64,000 nucleotides of DNA from Moniliella sp. 'wahieum' (taxonomy: Eukaryota). Of the stretch, positions 23,627-37,500 are shown in pieces. The position numbers and the translations under genes are program-made. Position 1 is the stretch's first letter, and each line of letters begins with the position of its first letter. The notes under the pieces were generated by a model. It saw only the letters and a list, made by a program, of their open reading frames with translations. It was not told where the DNA came from and ran no database searches. The stretch spans positions 310,001 to 374,000 of the forward strand of contig RSEE01000041.1 in NCBI GenBank assembly GCA_003971905.1. The letters run 5' to 3'.

Positions 23627-26248
23627 TATTGCAAATTGCTAAGTAGTGTGACGGATTAACAGCAACGTCATATATACCCCCGCCATGCTTTTGTTGGATA
23701 GCAGCTTGACGAGCGCGATGAGCTCTCGCATCGCTAGCGGTAACAGCGAGAGGAAAGGCAACAAAGGCGCACAATGAGCTCGAGTCACAGGTCCCGCGGT
23801 CCCCTCATACCAGCTATAATCAGGTATATCTTCTCCCCAGTACTCTTCACCGATCCTGTCACCCTTCTCTCTTGTACCAGTGCATCCCGTCAGTGCTTCC
23901 CTTGGTACGTGGCTCTCACTCGTATCGTCCGACCCTTACATGCTACAGCTCTCTGTGTCCTTTAACGCGTTTTTATATAATGCGACGAGTTTATATGCCG
24001 CTCAGTTTTTGTTCCCACTATGTTCACCGCAGTTTGTTCACAGTTTGCATGTGCCTCTCTCATGCCTCAGGGCCTCATTGAACTTCGACGCTGACGTCAC
24101 ATGTCACAGGACACGCCACATCGTGACGCCACCAACCGAGGCCTACCCAAGATGTATACGCAGCAAGAAAGCTGGGACCGTCGCGCTCATTTTTATCAAC
24201 CAGCATCAGCCGCCCAGGGGTGCCTCCGGGGGGGGGGGTTGGGCGGCCACCACTGCGGGCGACACTAGGCGACACCACGCCATCTAGCGAGGATGGGCTT
24301 TGGGGCCTGCCGGGGCACCCATACTGGTCACTAGAAGAAACGGGCACTACTCCATTACGTAGACACCGACATCCGCTTTTTATATTCGTCTCTCGACATA
24401 ATCTGATGCGTATCTCTGCATCCATCATCAAAATCGTCGTCATACTGACCCGAATCCTGTGCTAGTGTGCTCTCGAAGAACAACAACCCCACCTCCTCTA
24501 TTGCAGCACAGCGGCCCGACGGATGCATCTCGATAACATGCCAAGCACCTCGTATAAGTGCGCGCAAGGAATGTGCACAGACACGCGGACCGTGACAGAT
24601 GGAAGTGACGGACACGGTGTGTTGGCAGATAAACGGAGTCTGGCACTCACATCAACATAGTTGATGAGTTACATCGCTGTGGTGATTTCCCAAGTGTTTT
24701 CTTTTCACACCGAAATGGATTCTAGACCCCTGCAAGAGTCAATTCACTTTCGTCAATGAAACATCATTTTGTTACTTGGACATTCCATGGTCCACCAGTT
24801 CCCCCTCCCAAACCTGCCAACAAGCCAGTTCAAATGGGGGCATCCAAAGTCTCCATATCGAAATTCCTTGTGCCGTTCCTGTGTGCGCAAGCGAGAAAGC
24901 TCGTGTGGCAAGATGTCACCGTTGGTGTGTCTATATAAGCATTGCCAACAACTTCTCAAACAGCATAATCCTAGTAATAGTGAAAGCCAACTCGTTCTCT
25001 TCGGTACACCCGTGTTTTGTTCGTATAGATATACCCTGGTCATTGGAAAAGAAGAGATGAAGCCGGGCAAAGAAGTCACCGTGCGTATGGATCACCACCA
25101 GTAGTGAAGTGATCACACTGAGCCTTTGGATCTATCACTGTGAATAAGGGAGACATAGAGCCCTCCCTAAGTTCTCTCGTGTAATGATATATGCTTGTAA
25201 TGAGAATTGGAGGGGACTCATGAATTGGCGTTCATTTCAGAGCGGCGCTCACCCACCCACCCACATAATATGAAGCTCACATCTCCGCAATCCTCCCCCC
25301 CCCCCACACACATGCCACGCAAGAGAAAGACTCGGTTCCTCTTGAGTCAAAGAAGGATTGCGACAAAGGATATCAAGTACCATAGGCAAAACAACGCAAC
25401 TTTTGGCTCGTTAGCGATGAGCGATGGTGAATGATCTTATGCCCATCATGGTAGCAATTCATGTACTATACTAAAAATCACTCGCCTTGTCCGAGTTTCA
25501 GAACAGTGGACTACGCCAGAACGTCGGACGTCATTGGATCGCTATCGTTGTGAGGAGTACAGTGTGAGTAGTGACAAAAGCTGGTGGAGTAAGCCTGACG
25601 ACGGACGGTTGTGCCCTGCCTCTCCCGCCTCAAGCTTTTTGGCCATGTTTAATCCCAAGACTAGATACGGTACACCCCCATTGTCCCCTCGTTAGTTTCC
25701 CCCAGAACTGGCAACAGAACCCCAACTCGATAGAAGTCATACCACTATAGGATAGGCGCCTAGCTTCGTCTCGTCCAACCTCCTACCTGTGTGAAGCCGT
25801 GCATCGTTACGAATGAACAGCGCAGACCTAGTGCGTTCTCTGCCTTCTTTCGAGGCGCTGAATGATGTTCAATTGGCGTTGACCTGATTGGCCTGATTCT
25901 AACTCAACGATGCAGACCAAACTCACAAGTGGATCCACCCTATACTGCTTGTTGCTCTCCTTATCCTCTTCAAAAGAGGAATGCGCAGAGCGCTCTGGCT
26001 CAGTATGCCAAATCGAACCTTGTAACATGTAACGTATCTGTAGCTTGAGGCTTTCCCTTAAGAGTCACCAGTCAAGCTTCAAGGTTCAACGTGCAACGTT
26101 CAACTTGAGCGCTTCAACGTGTTGCGTCCCAAACCAGAGCGCCCTGTGAGGACCAATCTCGAAACCGTTACATCACAGTAGCTGGAATTCAAGCGGACCC
26201 TGGTGGTCAACGTGATGTTGGCCAGGAAGCCTCGAACCGTGTCCATTA

Positions 26249-27770
26249 TCAAGCACGCTTCTGGATGACAACCGCATTGAGCAGGCCAGCCTCCTTGAGC
26301 GTTTGGGTTTCGTCTGTGAGTGCCTTGGGCGGGAAGCTGGTGGTAAGAATGAAGGACTCGGGGCTTGAGCCCGAGGCTGCCAAGAAGCGACGCACGTCAG
26401 CCACAGTGTGAGTCTGGTTGAACTTCTGAACCAGTCGGGTGCCATCTGCCAAGCGGAGCTGCAGCGTGGTGGGATGGGCTGGGAGGAATCCAGCTCGAAC
26501 TGGGGCGAAGAAGCGGGCCCGGCCTGGGTCGCCGGCGCTGCGTCTGCAGTACGGGATGCCGAGACGGAGGAAAGGGGGGGGAAGCCCGGCCAGAGGAGGT
26601 CACGGGGCTTCCGAGGCGGTTGCCTTGCCCCGCAAAGGCCCGGACCGGGCCCGGAGGCGGTGGGGTGTAAGGCTGATCTATGCGCCGTTCGATGTGCAGG
26701 TCAACTTGCTGGTCCGGCCGCACATTGAACACGGAGTTGGGTGCACGCTGGGACTCAATGGCCCGAAGAAGCCGTTGGTTTTCCGGGTTGTCGTACCGAT
26801 ACAACTCGGAATCTTCCACAGTGAAACCATCAGCCAGAAAATCAAATGGCGCACAGCCAGTTCGTCCTCTTGCTCTTCCTCCTCAGGCTCACCGGTCTGA
26901 CCCTCGCCGACTTCAGGCTCTGGTGCATTGATCGAACGCCCGTGGCCCCAGTGGTGACCGCCAGCACTGCCATCGTGTTCTGGTCCACCGGCGGCAGAAG
27001 GGGAAGGGGCGGGTCCCCCCTCAGCAGCCTGGCGAAGAATGTTGTTGACCAAGTCCATCCCTTCCCCTTCGTTGCCATCTGCGTGAGCCCGGGCCAAGGC
27101 CTGCAGCATACGCTGACGCCGCTGGGCTTCGGGGTCCTGGACACTCAGCCCACTCCGCTCTCCACCAGTGTAGAGGTTAGGCGTGTCTTCCTCATCCGAA
27201 TCAGGACCGTCATCATGCTGCAACCGGCCAATGTTACCTTGGCGATACGTGCCATGGCCATGGCGGCTAGTGCTGCTACTGCCGCCTTGGCCACTGCTCG
27301 AGCCAAAGCCATGCACGTTGGAGCCAATCCCGGATCCACTGCGAGGCCCTTGGCCCCCCCCATCCCTAAGACTGCCCAGGGTGGCGATACCTGTCCGGCG
27401 CGCACCAGATGGAGCCGAGGAGCCACCGCCAAACCCGTGCAGAGGATTGGAGCGGCTCTGGGGGCACTTTGGCTGGGCCACGGGTCAGCCGGAGCGGGGG
27501 GCGCCGGACAAGGTGCGTGGGCCTACGTAACCAGGTGGAGCCTCTGGAAGGGTAAACAGACGTGTGAGCACAGGAAGGCAACGCAAGGAGCACCCGAAAC
27601 GTACGGGGTGTAGCAGTGGGAGCCGGCTGAGGCTCGGGCTCGTCTTCCTCCGCGGCCAAGTAGGTGGAAACAGCAGTCTCCAGGTTCCCGTCTGCAGTTG
27701 CAAGGTAGCTGCGCGCGGTCTCAGGAGATGCGCCTGTGAGATCGGCGAAGTGGGCGACGGGGTCGGTCAT
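26249..27770 (-). CDS. SHP1: UBA-SEP-UBX Cdc48 cofactor Shp1/Ubx1 (p47/NSFL1C)
   Basis: UBA-like [66 protein letters not shown] box [45 protein letters not shown]. Confidence 0.93.
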
Positions 27771-28347
27771 GGCAGCGGTTGCCGGTGGTGGAGGGGGAGG
27801 GGGGTGTGGGTGGGGAGAGCAGTGGCTGGCGGCAGCGTGCCAGGCGGAACTGCGGGCGGAATGGTGGGCTGGCAAGGGGATGTGGGCGTGACGCGTCAGC
27901 GCCAGGGCTGGCTCTGTGCTGCGTCATCGGTATCAATCATCAACATCGTGCGACAGGCACTGACGTCATCGTGCGGCGCCGGATGCGGATGGCGCGGGCC
28001 GCCCGCCAGAGGGATCGGGGTGGGGGGCTCGGCTGCGAGGATGCGCAGCGTGCACAGCACGCCGGGCACGCGTCTGCCTCGGGCATGGCGCGGGCCCCCG
28101 TCCCAGCCGCTTCGCTGCCGCCCGCACAGCTCGCCCCGGCGCCAGAGCCCCATCCCCATCCACATGCGCCTGCTCCATGGAGCTCACATGTCACAAGCGG
28201 TGGTGACGCCGGTGATGTGATGGCCGAGCCTCATTTGTCATGCGCAGCAATCTAGATTAGTATAGCCGCCGCCATAGCCCCCTTCAGTCTGTCTCCCCCT
28301 CGTGACGCCGCCACCATCCACCATCCATCACCCCCACCCCCCCCACC

Positions 28348-29777
28348 ATGGTCCTCTGGGTCTCCTTGGCGGCAAACACTCCCACCACCATCTCTCCTCC
28401 CATGCGTCTTCCAACTCCCCCCCACCAGCGATGATGACAGCCGTGTGGGCGGCGACGGCGGCGAGGAAGAGCAGCTGGACGACGAGAACGGCAGCATCTT
28501 GCTCCATTTGATCAGCCAGCTGCGCATCGGCATGGATCTGTCCAAGGTCACCCTTCCTACCTTTGTCCTCGAGCCACGCTCCATGCTCGAGCGCATCACC
28601 GACTTTCTCTCCTACCCCGACCTTATCTTTGGTGCGTCCCAGCTCAGCGACCCCGTCGATCGCTTTGTTGCCGTGACTCGCTATTACCTCGCCGGCTGGC
28701 ACATCAAGCCCAAGGGCGTCAAAAAGCCGTATGTACTGGGTTGATACAGCCCAATCCTAACCTGGGTGGACCTGTTCCACGTTCCACCGTTGTATTGACA
28801 CTCACCTTCCCTCCCACAGCTATAACCCCATCTTGGGCGAGTTTTTCACTTGTTCGTACCGGTACCCTGACGGCTCCACTGGCCATTACATTGCCGAGCA
28901 AGGTTCGTTTCCCCCCTTTTGCACTTTCTTCTGATTTTGCTTCCGTCCTTACTTACTCCCCGTTTCCTTGTCAGTTTCTCACCATCCCCCGATCAGTGCC
29001 TACTTTTACTGTGCACCCGAGCACAATGTCGTCATCTATGGGGAACTGCGACCCAAGAGCAAATTCCTGGGCAACAGTGCAGCCACCCTGATGGGCGGAG
29101 AGAGTCGCGTCGTGTTTCTTGATCGCCAATCCGCCCCAAATGGGATTGGGGAAGAGTATGTGATTGGGATGCCCAACATGTTCGCCCGCGGAATCATGTT
29201 TGGCAAACTGCTGCTCGAATTGGGCGATACGTCTAAGATCGAGTGCCCCGCTACCGACACCTCGGCCTCGGTCGAGTTTAAAACAAAGGGCTACTTTTCC
29301 GGAACCTACAATGCGCTCGAGGCCAAGGTCATGCACGCTCGCAAGCAAGTTGGGCTTGTGCAGGGCAAATGGAGCGATACGATGACCTACACTGACATGC
29401 GCACCGCAGGATCCAAGGATGGTGACATTGGCGAACAATCCGTCCTTTTTGCTGTCAAGGACGCGCCCACTCCAGCAGCCAAGTCAGTCCGGCCTGAGGC
29501 GGAGCAGGCGCCGAACGAGTCGCGCCGGCTATGGAACGGAGTGACAATCGCGATCCAGAAGAAAGACATGCATGCCGCCACCGAGGACAAAACGGCGATT
29601 GAAGATGCCCAGCGGGCTCGGGCCAAGGAACGGGAAGAGAAGCATATCGAGTTTGAGCCGCACTACTTCGTCTATGTCCCCAGCCTTGGCCATTACTTGC
29701 CTCGCACGGAGTCGTTGCCGCCTGCCTTCCAAGCCCCGACCGTTGTCTCGTACTTTGCCTCTCTCCACACTGCGTGA
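28348..29777 (+). CDS. Short oxysterol-binding-protein homologue (Osh6/Osh7-like); introns 28729-28819 and about 28903-28974; start approximate
   Basis: ISQLRIGMDLSKVTLPTFVLEPRSMLE, KKP|YNPILGE, ORP signature EQVSHHPP, ESRRLW..AI, KTAIEDAQR. Confidence 0.9.
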
Positions 29778-30031
29778 GGTAAAAGGGAGAAACAAGATAG
29801 ATATATATCTCATTACCCTTCTTGGTTCCTCTTCACCACCTCTTGGCGTGAATTTGTGTTTTCGCCTTGGTTATCCCTTCCTGAAGCTGCCGGTGTAGAG
29901 TGGTCCACCCAATCCAACCACGCGTCACTTCTACTGTTCCTTCTCTACAAGACCAAGCATAGGCGTGACGGGGATACCAGACAGACTGGGGGCAAAGGAA
30001 AGGCCTATAGAGGAGAGGATGAGTAGATGGA

Positions 30032-31511
30032 TTAGTCTCGCTCCCGGCTGAAGGAAATTTTGACACCATCTCTCTCCGGCAGTGTGACTTTGTCACTGCT
30101 GCCTTTGATTGCCCACAGCTCGTCCACCCTTCGGTCCCAGGGCAAGTCACGGTTGTAGATCCCCTGCAACCCAATCCCATCCGCCGGGCACCATTGCAAC
30201 AGGCCTGCCATCTCGGGCGCGGAAAGCATGTAAGGAGGGAACCGACGAGCCGGATTACGCTTCTGACGTTTTGCCTGTTTAATCGATGCACCGAGAAAGG
30301 TTAGCTTGGCGTTTCGGGAACCCAGGCGCAGCTAAAAGAGAAAGGAGACGTACCAGCAGTTGACCATGGCAACCGTACATGTCCTTGTCGTAGAGGAAAA
30401 ACCCATTTTTCTTTTCCTGAATGTACTGCTTACTTGTGTCACCCTCGTCATCAAAGCCGACATAGGTGAAGCGTCGGCGGTTGTGGTACAGCGCTTGGGT
30501 TGGCCACCGCAACGCCTTGGCGTGCAAATTCTTAAACCGCTCCTTTTTCATCTCGTAGCCGACAATCGTGACCCGTTCGGGTACCGACCGGTGAATTCGC
30601 GGAATCGAGCGAGGGAGAAGAGCAAGTTTTGGAAGCTGTCCAGTGCATAGGTCTCGGTCGTCATCCGAAGCAAGTCCAATCCAGCCCCCGAGCCAGCTTT
30701 GAGAACAGTTGAAGGGGCATGGGCTTTTTCTCCGCTCTTGGGTGCTTTCTTACCGCCGCCAACTGCGTTGTGCTCGACTGCCGCATTCTCTCCCGTCCCG
30801 TCCTTATCCGCATCCACAAACTGCGCAATTTCAGCCCCATGCTCGCCGGTTGTCAACAGCACCACCTCGGCACCGGGGAGGACGGGAAGATCCATATGGC
30901 TCTGCAGCGCCAACTGGAAGTAGCTCTCGGCCTCGGTGGCCAGCGAGTGGGGGCGGGTCTGCCCACCACTAAAGACCAAAAGGGCGGATGGATCCTGGTT
31001 GGCAATTTCAATGCCGCGCTGGATGTGGTTCCAAAACGTGCGCACCGAACCGCCCTTCTGGTACTCCTCCAACACCCAGTTGTCGTCGGTCTGACGGCCA
31101 TCAAAGGAGGAGCCGGCCCAGATGGCATGGCCAACGACAAGCACCAAGTGGTCCAGCTGTTCCGCCCCGGGCTGTGGCGCGGGCGCGACGGTTTGGGCCC
31201 AAGACGCAATCTGCTCAGCAGTGGGGCCAGTTTGATTGGCAGCGGACAGGGCCGAGGTGGGCTTGGAAGGGTGGGCCCATTGAAAGAGGTTGAGAAAGAG
31301 AGACAAGCCGGCGAGAGAGGCGAGGAGGCCGATGCCTAGGTTGGTTACGCGGCTGGGCGACGCAAGGCGTGTGCGCCAATCGGCCGCGCCGCTGGTGGCG
31401 AAGGCGTAGGCCGGAGGTGGAGTAGCGGGCACTGGTGCGGCGCGTGGGGACGGTGTTCTTCCGCGACAGCACCGACGCGCGGCCATTGGTACTCTCGCTC
31501 GTACGCGACAT
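30032..31511 (-). CDS. Uncharacterised YOR238W-like / DUF218-type protein with an N-terminal TM helix; intron near 30275-30352
   Basis: HLVLVVGHAIW, LLVFSGGQT..TEAESYF, TETYALDSFQNLLFSLARF, KKERFKNLH..ALRWP, DMYGCHG. Confidence 0.75.
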
Positions 31512-32243
31512 GCGGCGGTCGCAACGGGCCTTGCGTCGCGTTCGCTGGCGAGAGGACGACGAGGTCAGGAGCGACGCCACGGCGAGCGACCGGGTGGCCA
31601 ATCTGCAACCTGCCTGCGTGGAGCACGCGTTACCTAATATGCGCCCCGTGGCGGTGCAAGTCACTTGCCCGCGTTGCAGCGTAAAAGTTTCATGGGGCGG
31701 TGAAACGGGGGGTTCGGAGGAACAGCGGCGCAGCTGAGACGGGCGTGCTGGTGAAAACCACATCAGAGAGTTGGCGCACCCATGGGGTACGGCTTTTGCA
31801 ACTACTTCTGCATTCAGCAACACCACCATCTACGTCCCAGACGAGTTCCGTGATGGCGGCTTGACGCTGGCCGAGCAACAGATATCGTTTCGAATTTCTT
31901 CAGGAGAGCGGTGACAGACGCCTTGTAGTAGGAGGAATGATGAAGGCACAAGAGGCCCAGGCAATAAAAGAAGGGGAAAGGTAGGAGTAGGGCTTTATAC
32001 CGAGAGGAGGGGAGACGGGAGGAGGGAGAGGAGAGGGGAGATGAGAGGGACGGAAGGAATGGCAGATGGGTGGATGGGATTCCCACAATGAGGTGCAAGC
32101 TAAAGGCGTGATGAAAGCGGACGGAGGCTACTGTACAAACGAAGAACCAACTTGAGACCACAGGGGAAGACTCACAGAGAGCCTGGGCGGGTAGAACCGG
32201 TAAAGTGAGGGATCAAGGTGGGGGACGAGGCGGGAAACAAGTG

Positions 32244-34500
32244 CTAATATGAAAGATAGAGTACGTTGAGGAGCGGAAAGCCGACAATGAGCCCAATCCA
32301 AAGATCAGGTTGCCGCGCGCAGGCGAGTCCTTGATAAACTTGGTTTGTCCCAGCATAATCAACGGGAGTTGGGCCATCTGCATCAAAAACAGGTACCCAC
32401 GGATTTTCCCAGTCACGATCGCCATCACGAGTTCGTGCATGAGGGAGCTGAGAAGAAACGTAACAAAGACCGCCAACGATTTGGACGCGCCGACCGAGAT
32501 GGTTGAGGCATAAACGTGCTTCAGGAGGAAACTGTGCACCGGCCGGTTCCAGTCACGCGAAACTCATCCATCGATTTCGAGTTCCACCAATCCTTGTAGA
32601 ACTCGCGGTCGGCAAACCTGAGCCAAGATGAAAGAACGTTAGCAACATGAGATGGGAGGGTGATGAATTTAGGATGCAGATCAAATAGCTAGGACGTACC
32701 TCGTTATCTCGGCAAAAAAGTTTAGAATCGCCTCGAAGATGATGTAAAAGATGAGGATATAGCAACCCATCATCGGAATCGAAAGCTCAAGGAAGATGCC
32801 AATAACTTCTGTCGAAGAGTTGTTGGGTCCACTGGGACTGATAGGCAGGATCCACGTAGTGGTGATAATGTAGATGCAGAAAAATGTACCAAAGGTGGCA
32901 AGAACTTTCTCGAGCAGGTATCCGGGGCGAATTGAATCAGTGCGAGGATACTCCAGCTCGTACACCAACGAGGGAACCAATAGATAGTCCATGAAGTTGG
33001 AGAAGGTCAAGTTATGAGGGAAGGTCCGTCGTTGGGTCAAGTCTTCCGCAGCGCCAAAGACGGGAGTGGCGGGACCCGACTCCGTGCCCAGGCGACGGTA
33101 TGGATCACGCGATACGAGGTTGTCCCGCAGCACTTCAATGTCCACCGCCAATTTTCGAATTTCCATGTTGGGATGCGTAGCCAGGGGATGCGGATCACGG
33201 ATAAAAGTAGGTTCGTCCCTGCGAGTTCGCGGCGGTGCAGGATGCTGATCGACGGCAGCAGGGGCTTGCTCTGGGGACGAATGTGTTCTTTCCCTTTTCT
33301 CGGCCTCGGAACTAGCCGAGATTCCAGCGACTGAAAGGGCCTGGTCAACAGCCTCCTTGGCCATCGATTGAAGCGCCTGCTCCTTCTGCGCTCCCATTTG
33401 GTCGGCGGTAGGGGGAAGCTTGTCAGCAGTAGTGGGCAGCTTGTCTGCCTCAGACACCTTTGCTGGGGGGCACCAGGGAATTGCATTCTTGGCCACATAA
33501 CGTTCGCGGCAAATTCCCCGTTGAACCTGTTCCTTGCACCAGTCTGACTTGACCCACCCAACCAAAGTCGTCGTCCAGTACCTCTGAGTGATGCAAGGCA
33601 CGGACACAGGCACGGCGCCAGATGCGAGTAGCACGATCAGAAGCTTCTGAGATGGAACTCGCGGACGAGGAGCGGGACTCGTTGTCACCCACATGCGCGG
33701 TCACGCCTTTCTCGGAGTCCTCCCCCTCTGCCGCACCTTCGACTCGCTCCACTTCCAGAGCCAACTGGGCCTCCTTGGCATGCAGGCGCCAATAATCATC
33801 CACATGGTGGCCATTGACGTCAAGGTACGAATAGAGCTTCATCATCATGGCCATCGTATGGAGGACAAAAAAGCCACTTTGGACCCAAGGCCATTCACGT
33901 CGCCTGCTCCATGTGATGACCGCAGCGAGCATACCAGCAAGCCAAAAGTGGACGAGAAAGACGAGGCCATTGGCATAGCGAATACGGTAACGTTGAGCAA
34001 ACTGGATGAGGGGTAAGGCCAAAAAGAGGTGGGTGATCATGACGAGATCAGAAAGTGCAAGGATTTTGGCATCGCGGCTAAACAGATTGAAAAAGCTAAG
34101 AGAGAGGATGGATCCAGTATGGTGGTAGGTGCGCCAAAAGGAATTGAGCATGGCAAGAAACATGCTGATCCAAAAGAGGGTGTAGAAGCCACGAAACGAG
34201 TCGGCGGATGACTCGGCATTAAAGCGGTCAAAGCGGCTGTTGCGAGGGCGAAAAGAGACAATGGAGCGGATGCGCTTGTTGCGGCGGGCGGTGAGGGGAG
34301 GGGGCGAAGGAGGATGCCCCCCTGGGGGGCGATGACGGTATGAACGCCACCGACGCCAACAAAGGTGACGGTGGCATCGGGGGTGAAGACTTCGGGGGGG
34401 ATGTTGGCGTTGTCAGCGCGGCCGGCAAAGACGGAATGCCATGAGCGTCGCGCACGGTGACTGAGGGGGGCGGGGGGGTGTCGGACGAGGGGGCGGGCAT
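32244..34500 (-). CDS. Sterol O-acyltransferase (ARE1/ARE2-type MBOAT); intron at about 32618-32699
   Basis: MKLYSY, DYLLVPSLVYELEYPRTDSIR, FEAILNFFAEITR|FADREFYKDWWN, WNRPVHSFLLKHVY, catalytic LMHEL. Confidence 0.9.
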
Positions 34501-37500
34501 GGCGGTGGGGCAGGGTGGTGGGGGGAGCAGAAGAAGAAGCCACAGCACACGTCACGCTCAGGCGCCTCAGGGCCTGCGGCTGGTCCCAGGGGCACTGCGG
34601 GGTGGCGGCTGAAGGGCTGACGAAGGGCTGAAGCTGAAGACGTGAGCGGCGCGACAGCTGCTGGGATCCGAGCTTTTTCAATGCGATTTAATATTTAGCT
34701 CCATGGCACCGCACACACGTAATAAGCATCGGCCTGCTGTTTGGGTGTGCGATTATAACGTTCAACAACACAGGCATGCATCATCTCCCGCCTCAACGTT
34801 GATGACGTTATGCTCTGATCGCGACCCACACTGCGACGGGTTTCTGTACATGATGAGTCACGCTCATCCGGCCCATCCACTACGCCAACGGACGAGCGAA
34901 ATGCCGCTCTGCGCTTGATCCTCAAGGCGCAGTCCCAACACACCCTTTGTTGTCATGATGAGAGAAACGTGAGGATGTGGTGAAATAGGGCCCGTCGTAC
35001 TTGGAGTTCATCACATTGACCGAACTGGTGGTACTGAACCCACCATCTTCAACGTCATATGGCTTAGGATATAGGAGTACTCGATGAGTCTCATTGGACA
35101 TTGTTCACCCCTCGCATAATATGGTTGTACCACACGCTCATTCGTAACGGCACGGGCGCTATATACGCGGTGGAACGGAAAGCAGATGAATTTTTAGGTA
35201 GTATATATGATCTGCGGACGGACTGGAGGTAGTATAATGTATCCGAAGGGGGGGACACGTCTGAGAGAGGAGGACTACACCCAGGATCCTCGAACTGATA
35301 AGAATCACATCATAGGGCCCATGCACAAGGACCTAGTCGGCCAAAGAATCCGCCGTCTAGCACTACGGAATATGGTCTGGCAATATTCCAACAGAGAGAG
35401 AGCCCCGAACAATTGCTGCAACTTGATTCTTCATGGTGGGCAAGAGAGGCCTCCGCGATGGCGCTTCAAAGTAACTCCCGCAACATGAACGGTTCGGTTT
35501 AGACGTAGCGTTTCCCCTGTCCCAACCTTAAGCTCTGTCAATGATATGGATGTAGAGACGAGGGATTGAGGAAAGTAATCGCAGTCAGGGCAAAGTGATT
35601 TTATAACATCTCACATCTCAAACCGGACAAGTTTTCCATGCCGTCTCCGGGGTCGGCGCATCTTCAATTCCCGACGGGACATACTATTACCCGGCCTGAC
35701 ATGTGGCATATCTCCCTCCGTTCCTCTGTTGCATATGCATGGCAGATCACTACATCACCTTCCTTGAACACATTCACATATACACACGTTCTCATATCTC
35801 AGATCTCATCGATCTCAAAACGTTTATCAATAACATTCAACATTCATAATGTGTTCATCACTCGCATACTCTCTCACAAATCTCTCACCGCCGAGGTCCC
35901 CCATCACCTCTTCAGGCACATCTCAGCGCTCCGACAGACTTAGGCCTTAGGCCTTAGGGGCCTCTGTGTGATGACCGGATCAGTCCCACTGAGCCAGGGC
36001 GGGTTGCCGAGCCCAGCCGAGAGGCCGGTGATCCGTGCGTTGGCTTTTTGAGTCCCTGATTTTGTTCTATCTCGAATGATATATACTAGTTGGACTTTTG
36101 GTCGTGGACGTCTGAAAGTGAGCTCTGCTGTGAGGCTGAGCACGTTGAGGTTCTGAACAAAAGATCAGATAGCAGGCAGTTGATGGTGTGAATTGCATTG
36201 CACATGAGCTACAGAGGCTATAGAGAACATTTCTGCCCTCCACAGTAAGAGTAGTATTGGAAAAAGTATAATGAACCGGAAAGATCCAGGCTTGGGCTAC
36301 TTGGGCCACAGCTTCCGGATCTGAGATTTTTGTTTCTTTTGGTCTCTGTGCGTCTTATTGTGTTTCTGCAGGCCTCTCTCCCCTCAGGCTTTCTCGTAGG
36401 GTGAAGAACCAGCCTGTTCAATTACTTCGCCCTTTCTATAGTTTTTGTGACAGTTCTCCCTGGCATTCCTCTGGCTGATAGTGTGAGAGGTCTTTCCTAC
36501 TTTTGGTATGCGTGCTTCTTCTGTCAGTTGAAGGCCATTGGAAGTGGCCTGTCTTCCTCCAAGAGAAAGCACTTCTAAACTGTGGGTCGGGCCCCAGTCC
36601 GGGGTCCGCCCGTGACATGTGACACTCAAAGCTCATCGGCAAGACACCAACACCTCCGAGGAAGTGAAGAGTTACCTCGAAGGTTTTCTTAAAGCCTTTG
36701 GACTCATGTCTTCCGTCGCTCACATTAATCACTGAGCACACATATGTCAAATGTGCTATACATACTTAGTAGTCCTGAATGTAGTATCTATGCGGGGGAG
36801 GCCCACTCTCACCCTAATCACATGCTATAATACTGTAGAGAAACGTGAGGATGCTTTTGATGGCTCTTCACGATTATGAGGATAGAGCCACCATCCACAT
36901 TCATGTGCACTCTCTTTGTGCTCTTTTGTGCTTCATATTAGCAATTTCTGAAAAAGCTACCAAGAGGCCGGCTCGAGGTGATAAGAGTTGTTGCTGCACC
37001 CACAAAACAATACGCGGTTGTTGCAGAATTGTATAGAAGTAGGTGAGAAGTGATTCGGAAGAAAGAGGTGCGGCTTGATCTGCAATCTAAAAATGCCCAC
37101 CACATACACTGAAGAGAGAGGCTTCCCGCCGCTTATAAAGGGAAAATGACATTGTGCGCCGACTCTGCGTTCATTTTAGATTCGTCTCTCTCTTGGCAGG
37201 GCGAGAGAAGGGTGCAAACAGGGTCGTTTTGGAAGAATCAGCGTGCTGAGATATGTGGCCAGCAACCCTTTTGGTGTATAATGGGGAGAGAGTGAAGTGA
37301 CATGTGTGTCATGTGTTCCTTCCTGGCATGGTGCAAGAATTGGGCGGTTGCAGTGGTCTATGGATACCGGTTTACTGGTTACCACACCCAGCATAACGCC
37401 AGCACCAATATAGAGCTCTCTCAAATATACTCCTCCTCGTGAAAGAACGGGTGCTCACGCTGAGCGTTACGTATTATATTGTTTCCAAAAAATGTGACGG

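Noticed and set aside
23715..23757. Hammerhead-like GATGAG-stem-GAAA
   Set aside because: The core is GCGATGA rather than CTGANGA, and no stems I and III with an NUH cleavage site can be built
25505..25570. HWIAIVV peptide resembling a Ulp1-type transposon protease
   Set aside because: The motif is isolated in a short frame with no supporting catalytic residues, TIRs or TSDs
35941..35960. TTAGGCC repeats as interstitial telomere or telomerase template
   Set aside because: The unit is not TTAGGG, there is no TAACCCTAA template, and it fits the GGCC-TTA heptamer class
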